A stretch of 64,000 bases of DNA from Hydrolagus colliei (GCA_035084275.1 CM068743.1:51460001-51524000); one strand, 5' to 3'; counted from the stretch's first letter, positions 50,286-64,000 are shown. Made by a program: numbers and translations. Notes: generated by a model from the letters alone, not told the origin.

Positions 50286-52874
50286 CACAATCTAAAATAA
50301 AGAGGAGTTTTGCACACTATGGCCTATAAAAATCAGATTTAGTCGCAAAGAACCTAATTTATAACACTGTAGGGCTAATTAAAGACTAGAAAGTAGATTT
50401 ATTAATAAAAAGAATAACAATACATGCATTTGCTATTAAGCACTCTGAGATGCTATCCCGTATGAAGGCCAGCCTTATGTAAGTGCAAGCTGTTATTGAA
50501 GTTGTTGTAGTATAGTTTGAATCACAAGGTCAAAATCTCTCAAAGTGTTTCACAGGATTTACTGTGAAGTGTAGTGATTTTTCATTTTGTTGACGAAATA
50601 AAAACAATCAGTCATATCACCATTGGTATACAAGGAAAAAGATTCACAAGTCTACAAATGATCTGCAAAAGATTCACTTATTGGCCAAATAGTTTCTCCA
50701 GGGCTGATTGAATACAGAGTTGAAATTATTTATATTCTGTTAATTTAAATTAGTCCCAAGGCAGAGCATATTAAATATTGTCTCTGAGTGTATCTCATTG
50801 TCTATCTTTGCATTCCAAACACATTCCATTAGCCATGGACACACTTACATCCATGCATCATCTCATTTAATGTCATCCAGCAATTTCATAAATGGCTGTT
50901 AAGTCCCTTTAATTCACTGCCAATGGGGAGCAACCTGATGCTCTCATCTGCACTGCCCCTGGGGTCTGTGAAGACATTTGAAACTTCCAAATCTCAAGAA
51001 TGTTACATATTTTTGGGAAGATATTTGCTTCAAAGTATTTTCCAGTGTCATACAACTGAGATATCAATCGACATCTAGAAATAAATTATTTCACTAACAT
51101 ATCTACATATCATTGGTTCTTGATCCTCAGGTGCAAGTTACCAACAATTTGGTGACAAAGGTGCCTTTGCATTCTCTGACATTAGTCACTTTGAACATTG
51201 ATGACAGGCTTTCCAAGGGAAATTTACAATTATATATCCGACAATTTACAGTTATAAATCCTTGGTTTATGAATTGACTGAATTGTTCACAATATTAAAA
51301 TGGGATTTTCAGGAAATTTGTTCTAACCATCATCTGGTCTGTTCTATTGATTTGTTCCACGGTTTGTTTCTTGACAACCCTGTTAGCCAGATAAGCTTTA
51401 CATAGGTAGCTATTGATTAATTTTCTGGTTCTTGGATGGAGAAAGGAGTCTGGTATTATTGATGCTATAGGAATGTGATTTGTTGTTGTTGCTGAATAAT
51501 AATGAGTCTTATGAGGATTGAAATGGCTACATTCCTTTTTTAACTAGATGTAGTTATTCTCAACATCTGTTAATATATGAAATTGTCAGGTTGACTCTGA
51601 CAAAATACTAGCAATTATATGATAAGTATATCCGCAGTATCCCATTGATTTCTGCTGCAAACTGGTTGAATGACAATCATTCCTAAAATTACAGTACAGT
51701 TTGCTAAGTGTATTTCTGAATAATTCAATTTCTTTAAGGTGGAAACACATGTCAGTATCTTGAAACAAAATCAGAGGAGAAAATGGAATGAAACTGAACA
51801 TTTAAAGCTATATACAGTATGCCTATTATCAGAATAAAAGATATGTTGTATTTTATTTATGTATCCCTAAAGCTCAGTAAACGTCATATGGAAGCAAACA
51901 TATTGTGGAGAATTCCCCACCTTCTTGATTCCCCCCATCCCTGTTTCCATTATAATGTTGCGAAGTTTACTACAGCTAGTAGGAACTAGTGTTACAGATT
52001 GGTGAATTGAGTGCAAGCAGGAATTTAAATCCAATGCACTGTGGGATAAATAACAATTAGTTTTTTTCTCTATTTTACTTTTACAATAGCCTTTCAAAGG
52101 TGGATTCACCAACTATTCTATATCCTTACTATCTAGTTGCAAAATATTAGCCTTAAGCTTAATACATCATGACATGTCAGCTAATTTATAGCATTACTTT
52201 ACCACTTATAATAACTGACAGTTAACTGGCTGCATACTGAACAATGATAAGGATTATTCCTCCTATGAATTTCCTTGTCGCTCACCTGACAATAGCTATG
52301 TGAAAAATATTGTATGGTGTGTCCTTTCTGCTGGAATCTCTGTGAAGAATGTATCAGGAAGATATCACAACAGTGACAATCTGATGGAAGGTACAGTACC
52401 AGTAGAATGGCTTTGTTGCAAGTATGGATTTAATTATACTGTATCTAGAATAATTTAAATACACATGGGATTTTCTTACGACATTAACTATATGGGAGAA
52501 GAAATGGATTCATATTAAGAAAAGCTCAAGTTCTCATGTTTCACACAAACACAATTTTCTTTCAGTGACAAAATAATATATTCTTCCAGCACCATTGCTT
52601 CACGTGGAATTCAACCATTCAGACGGGTTCAATAGTTGCCCTGAGATAAGTTTGTTGAACTAAATTGGGACAGCAGTCAGCACCGCTGTTGACCTCAGTC
52701 TCTAGGTTGTTGAGGGAAAAATGACTAATGCTCTTGGGCCTGATCACAATCCACTATTCTCTATGGAAGTTTGAGTGTGGGGCATCAGGATTAGGCCTAG
52801 CTGGGAAAGCTTTTGTAGTGAAATAGATTGGCAAAGGTGTGAAATAGATGTGTCTGTAATGACACATCAAATAT

Positions 52875-53570
52875 ATTTGATATAGTGCCTTTCCTTTTGC
52901 GAGGATGTCTCAAATGGTTACACAGATTTGACTGTAATGTGTACTGACTACATTTTGTAGGCAAACTTGGCAATGATTTTGCATGCAGCAATACCCGACA
53001 AACAATTATGAAGCGCATAGCCATTTTTTTTCTGGGGTCCATTAGCCTGGACACTACGATGAACTCCTTTCACATCATGTCGCTGATCGTCCAAGGTTCG
53101 CCATCCACAAGGTTGAGTTCATTCAAAATCTTGCTATCCTTATCCTCACCCATACAAATCCCTTTTCACACTCTAGCACATCCCTATCTCACTGATCGCC
53201 TTGTCCAAACTTCCTCTGCTAATAGATGTTTGCTGCACATCTCCTGCTAGGTCCACACAGATGTCAGTGGCCGATCTTTCAGTTATTATGCTCCCAACCT
53301 CCACTACTCTCTGCCCTGCCCCCTCTACTTCTTACCTGAAAGACTTATCTAATGCTAACTTACTTATCTTTTTTTTTATTACCTGAACAAAGCAAAACAA
53401 AACCCCTGAAAAATTAATTGCATTTATATAGTGGCTGCCACAGTGGGGAAACTTGGGAAAAAGAAGATGGCAGGGGATCTCCAGCACAGTATTTGAGTTG
53501 TGATGAGAGCTCAAAGTCCTGATTTGGGGCTTGAACCCACAAACTTATGGCTCAGATGAGGTTGCAATCG
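52875..53570. mobile_element. Mosaic of old SINE (minus) and L2 (plus) fragments
   Basis: SINE-tail-like TTGATATAGTGCCTTT..GGATGTCTCAAA, a C-rich L2-like segment at about 53090-53360, and a head-like GGCTTGAACCCACAAACTT near 53530. Confidence 0.5.
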
Positions 53571-55059
53571 TGCCTAGATACATGTTTCAAATGAAACTAG
53601 GATCAAGGCCTTGAGAGAGTCAAGTAATATATCCTCAAATTTATGTCATTTAAAACATTCAGTGCAGCTATCAGCTAAAATAGTCTCTGGATTTAATGAT
53701 CATGCAATAGTGCAAAGCTTGTTGGAGGAAACATTGGAGGAAATATCTAGTAATATAACATTTTCTGCATAGCAAATCTATTTACTATATTTCATATGTT
53801 CTATTAACAATAATAATTGCATTGATGTAGTGCCTTACAAAATGTCTCAAAGTGTTAGTTGCCTGGAAGTGTAGTGACTGCTATTTGGTGGACAACCATG
53901 ATAGTTAATTCTTGACAGTGGTTTCTCCCAAACAGCCATGAGATGAATGGAGAATTAATCCTCCCCTAGGGTCTAATTGCTTTCTTTGGGTTTTGAGATT
54001 AGAAAACAATGTTCCTCATTTTCTGACTTGGAAGTTAAACAAGGACACCTGTAGTTTACGCACGTGTGTTTGTATGTGTATACACATGGGTTAATGGGGC
54101 TGAGTTAATCCTCCCTCTGTGATGATTTTGCATATTTATTGAAAATTAGATTAATTAAAATATTGTGAACAGCTTCCTCATTCTCACCCATAATTAACTT
54201 TTAATGCTCCTCAGGTGAACAAAATTCCTGCTTACACTAAACAGGCACACATAAAAAAAACACTTTACAGTGTGTGCTGATCTACTCATACATTGCTTGC
54301 TAAAATGTAGGACGAACGTATTCCCGCTATCAGTATAGGAGGAGGAAAGGGAAGCAACATATGGGAATGGGTATTCCTGTCTCCTTTCCTGTCAGCACAC
54401 AATCCAGTGGAGCATATCGTACAGTTGAATGTGAAGCATTCACTGTGTCTCTGAGTAGATTGTAACAGCTCTTATAGGATGTGATGAAAGATGCTGACAC
54501 TTTTAAAGGTCCTTGTAAACAGAACGTTGACTGGACTGTTTCATACCACATGTGTTCTCCATCACTTCCACCATGTAAAGAGCAATACTCCCTCAATGAA
54601 TTGTTTGTCTTTCTAGTGGTCATCTGAGCCAATGTGACAGCAGACAAGCTACAAGAGAAAAGCAAAAGTGTATGTCCAGGCATAGGTTGCATCAACTGGT
54701 CTGACAGCACTTATCCGTTCCTTAAGATTGTCATTACGGAGAACAGTGAAGCTTTTTAAAATTGTGGTTTTATAAAACTTTGCAGCATTAAATTAGAATA
54801 ATAAATAAATTTGTTGTAGTGAAGGTAATAGATTTAATCAGATGTTGAAAACCTCAAAGTCAATGTAAAAGATTATTTTGCTGAAGGAAAGTTAGATCCT
54901 TTAATTCTTTTAGCTCAGAAAGTGACCTGGATATTTTGTTTTCCAATGTCAATGACTTCCTTCTGTGCCCTGATTCCATTCCTGGTTGTTTACTCAAGCC
55001 GCAACCAGTGGAAGCGTATCGTCAGAGTTCAGTATAATAATCAGTTAAGTTTCAAGCCC

Positions 55060-55230
55060 TAAATCCAATTGATTACCAGGACTGCCTTCTTCCATCTCTG
55101 GAACATTGCCCACTGATCCTTTTACTCACCACCACCACTGGTGAAATCTATGCCTCGCCCCTATCCGTGTGGGTAGATTTCTCCAATCCTCACTGGTCTC
55201 TCACGACTCCACTTCCACAAACTTTTAACA
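55060..55230 (+). mobile_element. Old L2 ORF2 fragment
   Basis: ACCAGGACTGCCTTCTTCCATCTCTGGAACATTGCC encodes TRTAFFHLWNIA, similar to the NAFFHLHYIARL segment of the L2 at 61192-61907. Confidence 0.55.
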
Positions 55231-56406
55231 CATGCATTATAGGTCCTATCCTCCTATTATTATTTGCAAATTGTCTGTCTCACAAACTATTGCCATTCAT
55301 AAATTGATATATACAAAGTTAGCTGCATTTAAATACATTGCAATTACAACCATACTAATGGCTCTCACAGTCACCAGCTCGGTCAAGCAGTTCTAAGTAT
55401 GTATTAGGGAATTTTGCTTTCTGATTTCCCCTTTCAACCATCAACCAAATTCCAAATCAACAAAATTCAAATTTTCTAAATTCTCCATGGCCTCGATCCA
55501 CCCACTTCAATTGCATTTATAATCTAATCTTCAGTTTCCATTCGCAATATAAAATTTAGTATTTCCTCTCCTCTTCAGTGATTCTGATAGTTACAGCTAC
55601 CATCTAGGAAAGCTCATAATTATTTGGATTCCAACCTTTAAGTAAGATTCTTGTAATCCTTCACTTTTGCCCCCAAAATCATTCCCTAGTCAACGGAGCA
55701 TCACTCTGTAACTGACTGCTAAGAGTGTATTAGCCCATCTTGGGATAATCCACTGTTCCCTCTCAGCAGGAAACTTCTTGACTGCTCTCACGAGTCCCTT
55801 CCTGTCGATGGCTTGGACTTACTTTATCCTGGTGTTCTTCAATAATGGAATTGCAGGTTCCAGACGACTGTATATTGAAATACATCTGTGTACTACAACA
55901 GAATTCTGCTCCTTGGAAATAAGTTGTAAAACCACACAGGATTGTGGCAAATATATAATCCATTTTTGTCAACAGTATATTTTTACAATCCTGTTTTTGT
56001 TTTCATGGTGCACAACCTTTCTTTAAAAGTGTAATACTGTTAAACAAATACCAGGACTTCTTTGTTCAGCAGTCACTCCCATATTACTGTTGAAGTAGTT
56101 AAAGAAAATGCAATGGTACACCATGGGATTCAGTGGTATCTATCACTTACAGACTCATATTTTCCCAAGGTGATGATTTTGCCTGAAGCAATTTGCTATT
56201 GTCTAAATCTGATGCGCTTATCTGCATTTGTAAATAACACTTTACTTCCTGTGTATGGTAATGTTAAATTTATTAGGAATGGGTATGTTTGAAGTGAACT
56301 ATTTAACATGATTACATTTATTTATGTTTTTGATCTCATTTTTAATCTTAACACAATTGCTCTTTGGATCTGTGGCATATAATGAAGCTTTTTAATGGGT
56401 GCTAAG

Positions 56407-56743
56407 CCCCCTCTTCTCTGCCCAACCTGCATGCCCCCTTTACTCAGCAGTCTCCGGCCTGCACCACGTCACCCGACCAACCTGCCCTATCATTAGTGGG
56501 CGATAATGATATCAGCCACTCTGCTCCTAACCTCTGGAATTCCATCCTGCCTCGCCCCTTCCTTATTCTTCTTCAAGTCCCTCCTCTTTGACAGTCCCAT
56601 CAGTCACCCCAAATCCCCTCCTCTCCCTCCACCCTCCCCAATCCCAACCCCAGGTCAGGTCTGAAACATTGACTGTCCAGTGCCTTGAGATGTCCTCCTG
56701 ATGTGAAAGGCGCTATACATAATGTAATTTTGTTGTTGTTGTT
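56407..56743 (+). mobile_element. L2-clade LINE 3' fragment
   Basis: Homologous to 48459-48957: CCTCTGGAATTCCATCC, GGTCTGAAACATTGACTGTCCAG, GATGTCCTCCTGATGTGAAAGGCGCTATA and (GTT)n. Confidence 0.85.
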
Positions 56744-57852
56744 GGTAAGCAGTTGTGTAAACAATCAGATTACTGATTAACAAAATACATACCTTTGTAA
56801 TAGCTATTTGGGGAAAAACAAAGTGACATCTGTGAAGGATCCTCAAAATTTCTTCAATTATCATTCTATCTATTAAACACAAGAATATCATTATATGCAA
56901 ATTGCTGCTGTATTTGTCTACAAAATACAGTCACTATACTTTTGTGCCCGAGGACATCCTCCCAACGTGAAAGCTGCTTTCCAAATATAAGTTTGTTGTT
57001 GTTGTTTATCGTATTGTGAAGTGCTTTGAGACATTTTCCCAAAGTGAAAGGTGTTGTATCAAAATGCAAGGATTATATTTTAGACCGACTGTTAGACAAA
57101 GTAACCATTAAAATTCCTTTGAAAATGACAGTCATTGGATATGTATGTTTGGGATAGTCATGGATTAACACCGGTTGATGAGGTGTCAATTGGTGCAATG
57201 TGGTTGAGCCCCACAAGAACTCAGTACATCTGTTTAGGAGTGTCGAGGTTAACGTTGAACTGATATTGATTTTTGCTGATACTTCTAGTGCCAGATCTGA
57301 AATACCTTGCAAGGCAAGGTACAACTCTTAGATACTGGAAGGAACTGAATAAAGATAAGATAGTATCTGGAGGCAATCATCTCATTGACAACTGAATGCA
57401 ATGAATGTCTGTGGCATCTGTACTATTTGATGCCGCACATACACATTGGCCCATAATACTAACAATCCTTGCAGCAGTATTGTCAATCTAGCTCTGTTGT
57501 GAATGTGGTTAAAAATTGCATTTAGAAATAGTACTATACGATATATGCCTTGTTAATTTGAAGAAAATTATATGATACTAGGCAAGTTTGCAAAATGTCA
57601 TGACCCCTGAAGTGTTTTCTTCCTGTCATCTGCATTCACTTACATTCACTAATATAAATAAGATAAAAGCAATCTAGAATCTGGTTGCCTTGTGTCTCAG
57701 GTGGTGAAGTGACAACCACCTTTCACCAGTATAACCCGTGTTTGACCCTGAGCTGAGCTACTTGGAAGTCAGCTGAGCTTAAAGGGGAGGCGAAAGGAAG
57801 ACTGTTGTATGTCAAATGATTTGGCCAGGCTTTTCACACTGGTGGAACAGAA

Positions 57853-58221
57853 CTAATAATCCTCGCATTTGATATAGCACTTTTCACGTCCTCTAGACAT
57901 CTCAAAGCGCTTCACAGAATATATTGTAAAATGAATTGACTGTACATTTGTGGGTGTAATGTGGCAGGTAATTGCGCACAGAAGTGCTAATTGCCAATTG
58001 CCCACAAACAATCGTGGATTGAATGACCAAATCATTTTCTTTCTCAAAGATTACCATCCCCAGAAAAGTGATGCTCCAATGACTGCCAACCGGGTTCCTA
58101 CTGACTTCAAGGTAAACTGAGGCATGTGGAGTAAGGAAACTTGGCAACATTTCATCCTGTCAGGAATAGAACCCAGAACTCTCACTTCGGAGGAGAGTGT
58201 TCTAATCATTGAGCTACAGGA
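57853..58221 (-). mobile_element. tRNA-derived SINE, longer variant
   Basis: Same head and tail as the other copies, with an extra internal segment at about 58045-58120. Confidence 0.88.
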
Positions 58222-59242
58222 AAAAAAATCTGGAATGTTAAAAGTATTAGGTCTTTCATTTGGATAAGAGAGGTATCCACTTTTGATTAAATGCTTTGGA
58301 CCATGACATATATATCCATATATATCCATAGGATAATTGAAAGTATTGATATGAAACGCTTTTGAAGCGCTCTGAGATGCCATCCGGCGTGGAGGGCACT
58401 ATATAAATCGAAGTTGTTGTTGAAACAATATCTGAAAGTTTGCTACATCATTTTTGTTTTCAAAAATTATGTGACCTGTATTGTGCATAATTTGTGGTCA
58501 ACCTTTAAATCCCCCTATTCAATTTCCTCCATGCCTTTCTGTGGTATCTTCCATTTAATCTACAATTTACAATCTAAAATACTATTTTTCCAAAGCCCAG
58601 TTCTAAGGAATTCTATACACATACACACAGTCACACACACAGACTTCATTTTGTGCATTTAGGAGCCTTATCTCTCTTTGTTTCTGAACAATTCCTTTCA
58701 TGGTATTTGGTGCTGGTTCAAATGAGCTGTGATATGAAGATGAGTGTTATAGTACTTGAAGGGCGCTATATAAACATAAATTTGTATTGTACTTTATAGG
58801 CACACGTGATAGTAACATTAAGTAAAATCTCTTTGCCTACACCTTCAGTTACCTCCCTACTCTCCTTCTCCCCAAACTCGCACCCTGATCAAGCTCCCAT
58901 TCCACCTCTGTGCAGTGCTGCTTCTATTGCTTGTACACAAATGGCACTATATAAGTGCAAATTGTTATTATGGAATTAAATTGAAGCTGAGACTTTTGTT
59001 TTGTTAGAGGCATTGCATTCCAAACAGTCACATTTCCTCCCAATAAATATATTTACAATCTGTCCCCTGTGTAACTAAGAGATTTACACAAGAATAACTT
59101 AATACTGGACTACTTTTAAATCATTCATGAGTAGGAACATATCAATTGGCTTGTGTGAGAGGTGTTTTAAAGCCCACTAGAAACATAAAAATTCACTGCC
59201 AGCAGATAAATGCATGAAATCACAAATAAATGAAATGTATGG

Positions 59243-59528
59243 ATAATAATAATCCTTGCATTTGATCGTCTTCTAGATGTCTCAAAATGCTTCACAGAAT
59301 ATGCTGTAAAATGAATTGACTACATATTTTGGGGCGGAATGCGAGAGCCAATTGCGCACAGCAATGTCCCACAAACAGTTGTGGATTGAAATGACCAAAT
59401 TTTTTTGCCAATGTATTATTATCAGGCATGTGAGTGAGGAAACTTGTCTAAGGTTTCAGCCTGGCTAGAAATGAACCCAATTCTCTGACTTGCAAGCCAT
59501 GTGCTCTAACCACTGAGCTACAGGACTC
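59243..59528 (-). mobile_element. tRNA-derived SINE, full length
   Basis: Minus strand GAGTCCTGTAGCTCAGTGGTTAGAGCAC head and (ATT)n tail. Confidence 0.9.
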
Positions 59529-59842
59529 TGATACCTAAACATATAACATATATAATAACATATTACCTAAACATAAATGTATAAATACACACAGTACACA
59601 GTCAAAAGTAAACATCCACCTTGAAGTAATGTTATACACTGTGCAGTCACCCATATTCTGCTCTCAAGTATACATCGCAGAGAAATTTTGTTGTTCTAAC
59701 TATGAAATAACTGTTTTGCTAGTTCGAGACTTACAGTGTACTTGAATTCAAAGCCTGACATGAACAAGGCACAAGACTCAAATGCTGTCGATGTCTGAAT
59801 TTTACAATTTCCTCAACTATTTGATTCTTGTAAGAAATATAC

Positions 59843-60153
59843 TAATAATAATCCTTGCTTTTGATATAGCGCTTCATCACATTTTCTAGACATCTCAAAG
59901 TGCATCACAGAATATACTGTAAAGTGAATTGGCTGCATATTTATGGGCGAAACGCGGCAGCCAATTGCACACAGCGATGTCCCACAAACAGTCGAGGATT
60001 GAAATGACCAATTTATCATTGTTTGTTTTATTGAGGGATTATTATCAGGCGTGTGGAGTAAAGAAACTTGCCCAAGGTGTTGCGTCACCTGGAATCAAAC
60101 CCAGGTTGCTCGCTTACAAGGCGAGTGCTCTAACCACTGAGTCACAGGACTCC
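59843..60153 (-). mobile_element. tRNA-derived SINE, full length, CpG-retaining (probably young)
   Basis: GGAGTCCTGTGACTCAGTGGTTAGAGCACTCGCC head, GGTTTGATTCC B box and (ATT)n tail. Confidence 0.9.
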
Positions 60154-60779
60154 ACACTATATAAGGCATTTTTCTCTTTAAAAGGACAACTGACTGGGGA
60201 TAAAGGGAAGCTCCATCCACTTACTAGCTTCCGTAAACATATTTTCCTTCACAGACGATTCCAAAAGATCAAAGGGACACCAAACCACCAAAACCATGCA
60301 AATTTTCTATATTTTCCACAAAACCGTTTAAAATATTTGACTGGCAAATGAAAGTCAGTACACATCAATGCAAGATACTGTACATAGAAATGAAAAAATA
60401 GGAGGCAAGTGCACTCAAAGGATGGGATAGAACTTGCCAAGAGGGAATTTGAAAAGGTTTTAGTTGGCTTGTCATTCACCATGCCCAAACACTATGAGGC
60501 TTCAATAAGCAATAAGATGGAATTTATTGCCAAATTCGTTGAGTTCAGCGGCCTGAAATTCCATCTAGTCACAGCCTAAAACATTCAGTTTCAATATTTA
60601 ATTGTGGAAAATACTTCAATGTAGTCTTAATTTTAAAGTTATTTTTAGTTTGTAAAATAATAAATGAATATTTCCCACAATTCGGCGATTTTTACATTAC
60701 AGAACAAAGTGGGTTATTGGGTACGACTAGGTAACATTTCAGAACGAAGATCTCCGAAAGTCAATCTGAAGCAGTACAG

Positions 60780-61040
60780 TACAGTATTGTGCTCAGGCCA
60801 CACGTGGAGTACTGCACACAATTTTAGTCCGTGTAATACGAGGGAATTGCCCAAGCCCTGAAGGCAGTGTGGAGGAGAGCGACTAGCTGATGACATTGAA
60901 ATTGTAAGTAACAGCTTGAATCTTGATGCCCCAGAAAGGGAGATTTGGAGGATGAAATGTAAAAAGATACTATAAAGATAGTTGAAGTCAATGTACTTTC
61001 TGTTAAATTATGGCATCAGAACAAGAGGCACATGCCCCAG
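60780..61040 (+). mobile_element. Old CR1 ORF2 3' fragment
   Basis: CTCAGGCCACACGTGGAGTACTGCACACAATTT resembles the CR1 motif RPHLEYCxQFW; AGAACAAGAGGCACA resembles RTRGH. Confidence 0.55.
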
Positions 61041-61191
61041 GCTTTGATCTATGTGGTCTTGAGCAAGTTACTAAAAGGTGCAAGGGCAATCTGCCAGTGA
61101 TTTTCTCCTGGTAGTTCAATCTTTTGCTCACTTGAGAGGATGAGTGTGGACCTGAACTCAAAAATTCAAGATGTGGAAAATCTAAGACTTA

Positions 61192-61907
61192 AACAACAAC
61201 TTGCATTCATATAGCACCCTCCTCATGAGGCGGCCTCTCAGAGCACTTAGCAATAGTGGAGCCCGAGGCCGAGCCACGACTGGGGAAAAGTGACACTAGG
61301 CATGGTCGAAGAGCCAAGTGTTCAGGCATGACCTGAAGATGGGAAGGGTGGGGTTGAGGCAAAGGGGTTGAGGGAGGAAGTTCTGAAGTTTCCGGGAGTA
61401 GTGTTTGAAAGCACGGTCATCGATGGTGGAAGATTCTGGGAAAAGGAGGAGGCCAGATCCAGTAGAGCAGAGGTAGCAGGTACTGCTATGAGGTGAGAGG
61501 AGTTTAGAGAGGTAGAGAGTGCCAAGGATTGGAGGGATTTAAACAAAAGAGTGAGGATCGTGAAGTCGATCTGCTCTGCGCAGTTTGGCAAGGACTGGGA
61601 TAATTGGGGTACAATGGTTGGTGCAGGTGAGAATGTGGGTGCCGGAGTTTTTGGATATGCTGAATTTTGTGGATGGTGAAGGAGAGGAGACTGGCAAAGA
61701 GGGCATTGGAGTAATCTATCCGAGAGGTGACAAATGCATGGACCAGGGATTTGGCAGCTTTTGGAGTGAGGTATTGACGGAGACGGGCAATGTAGTGGAG
61801 ATGGAAGAAAGCATTACTGGTAAGGGACCAGATGTGGGGGAGGAAGAATAACTGGGAAATGTACACGATGCCAAATTTGGGCGAAATCCTGGTGCTGTGC
61901 TGAACAA
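61192..61907 (-). mobile_element. L2-clade LINE 3' portion
   Basis: Minus-strand ORF fragment NAFFHLHYIARLRQYLTPKAAKSLVHAFVTSRIDYSNAL, typical of the L2 ORF2 C-terminus. Tail GCTATATGAATGCAA(GTT)n. Confidence 0.88.
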
Positions 61908-62959
61908 TGTGGATAGTGCCCCAGTTCTAAACTAGCGTGTCGTCCAAACCAATCCTCTACATGAGCTTATTATCATCTGTCAAATCAATATATTCAATGA
62001 CAAAGGATGAATTTAGATACTACTAATATGGTGTTGATATTTGTGTGAAGTTAGAGGATATGAACATTTGATAACTGGGTAATACCGCTGTAGAATGGTA
62101 ACAGTTACTTACACTGTACGTAGAAGAAAGAGCATCAATTTCAGAGTTTTTGTACGAAAATATATCATTCATTGCTGCACGATTGACTGACAAGCCAACG
62201 AGCACAATGTTTGCATATTATTCCTAAGGTATCACAGAACCTGATACCTCCATAGTTAAATATCACAAAAGCCTAAACAAATGTATTCACAGGAACCTGA
62301 GAAGGACACCAATTCACTGAGACACCTGCAGTGAGTGAACAGAGCCTCTGCTCTGTCTGACCTGCTCCAGTAATGGATTGTATGCAACTTTTAAATAAGA
62401 GATGTGTCGTATTCCAACAAATATGAGCTTGTACCACTTAACAATGAATTATAAGAAGTGCGAAGTTTGCTAAATCATGTACCATATAATCCGGTTTACA
62501 TGTCATACCCAAGTACTGTAAATGCCAATTCAGTATTTTACAGCTGTTGTTTTGGTAAAAAGAAACCGAACTGTTAACTTCTATGTTAACTGAATATAAA
62601 GTCATGTAACAATGTGCAACACATATTCCACATCTTACAGTAGTTTTACTTACTCACAGTGAATGTCAATCACAGTTAATTCTAAAGAAATGAAGGTACT
62701 GGATAAAACAAAAATTATATGATTAATATGAGTAATTAACAGATATACAATAAGTACTTACTGAAAATCTTTATGGACATATATAATTGTATCTCATGTG
62801 GAGTTTGCTTATGTAACAATTTTCAATTTCATCAGGAATGATGCCCAACACTTTTTTTAAAAAAAAAATGTTGTCTTAGAGAAGTTAGTGTCTTCAGCTG
62901 TACTGAGTTTCTGTGTTTTGGCAACTATGGTAACTATGGTGTTTTGTTAGCCAGTTTAA

Positions 62960-63244
62960 CCTGCCTGTCTGTCCTGACCATCAGCGTTCGGGCTTTCAGC
63001 CTCTTTGCCACCACCCTTTGGAACTCCATCCTACAGTCCCTTCACCTCACTCACTCCCTTGCCTCCTTCAAAGTATGTCTCAAGAACCTCCTCTTCAACG
63101 GTGCCTTCGGCCACTCTTCTACTCTCCCTGCCGTCCAACTCTCATAATCCCTAGACCCCAGCTTGGGTCCAAATTCCCAAATGTCCAGCGCATTGGGCCA
63201 TCCTCCTGACAAAGGCACTATAACAAATATAATTTGTTGTTGTT
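62960..63244 (+). mobile_element. L2-clade LINE 3' fragment
   Basis: Encodes RAFS..TLWNS..SLASFKVCLKNLLF and ends GGCACTATAAC..AATTT(GTT)n. Confidence 0.82.
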
Positions 63245-64000
63245 ATGGTAATTCTGTTATAAAACTGTAAAAGGTGTTTCAAATGTCATGGGAGTTATTT
63301 TTTCCGTAAAATGTTATAATCTTCTGGTGCAAAACACTTATTCCGGGACAAGGCACCATGAATACAACCACTTTCCTGAAACGTACGTTTTCAACTGAAA
63401 AGTCCTTGGGTTTCCATGAAGCAAGCTGCATTTTTAGCCTTCTTGAATAATCAATCCTTTAAAAACATAAACATCAAACACTGTGAATGTTGTGATCAGA
63501 ATTAATAATTAGAAAGGAATGCTACTGGGCTTGACCATTGACAGTTGTAATCCATGTCCCATGCTGGCCATCATGTAGAGGTCTTGAAGTGCATGTTGGC
63601 TCCACAAAGCATTAATCTTAGTTGTCAAGAGTAGAAGCAGACAGCTGGAATTGGGCAAGACGAGCTATGGGAACACTCATACGTGAATAGGAGAAATACT
63701 AAAAAAAGTAAATTAATCAAACTGTACAGGTTCCAATTACCAGACCCAGAATTAGGGGTAATACTTGAATGGTCAATTATTCAACTAGGGCTCAGTCACC
63801 TGACTATAAATGTATAATTATTGCACAGTTGTGTTATGCACAAAAAATAATTGTTGGTAATGGTACACTATATGTGTAAAGCTGAAAAAAAAGGCAGTTG
63901 CATTGTAAGTTATTAATGTTTAAGTATCTGTTAACAGTTTCACAGTTTTTTGAATGTACAAATAATTGTACCATATCTTATTTATTACCCTAAGATAGTC

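Noticed and set aside
44240-60153. tRNA genes suggested by A/B boxes
   Set aside because: Each is the head of a SINE, continuing into SINE body and tail with a degenerate cloverleaf.
43956-60153. All five full-length SINEs are on the minus strand
   Set aside because: Five of five is not significant (two-sided p about 0.06), and truncated copies occur on the plus strand.
1-64000. CRISPR array, operon or other prokaryotic system
   Set aside because: No regularly spaced repeats. The sequence is clearly a vertebrate intron-containing locus.

Overview
Eukaryotic vertebrate DNA: the anterior (3') end of a HoxA cluster, all genes on the + strand. It holds the last 4 nt of HoxA4 exon 1 plus exon 2, and complete two-exon coding sequences for HoxA3 (409 aa), HoxA2 (363 aa) and HoxA1 (327 aa). 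All splice junctions are GT-AG, phase 1, and keep the frame. Recognisable cis-elements include three DR5 retinoic acid response elements (RAREs), the Hox4 intron element, candidate Hoxa3 r5/r6 and Hoxa2 r3/r5, r4 and r2 enhancers, a CCAAT/E-box promoter module repeated with identical spacing, and miR-10 and miR-99/100 seed sites. By eye the first ~43.9 kb is almost free of transposons; the exception is two SINE tails in the HoxA3 intron. The rest of the window is CpG-poor and dense in tRNA-derived SINEs and CR1 and L2 LINE remnants. The repeat types and Hox proteins suggest a cartilaginous fish, possibly a chimaera such as Callorhinchus (inference). I found no new protein-coding system; nearly all other ORF-track entries are noise or decayed LINE fragments. 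The best candidates for undescribed biology are regulatory: a Hoxb1-like DR2 and an extra DR1 flanking the HoxA1 3' RARE, a Pbx/Hox1 + Meis cluster in the HoxA1 intron, structured or uORF-containing leaders, and a composite CORE/Deu-like SINE. Equivalences to mouse or human elements come from recall and were not aligned.
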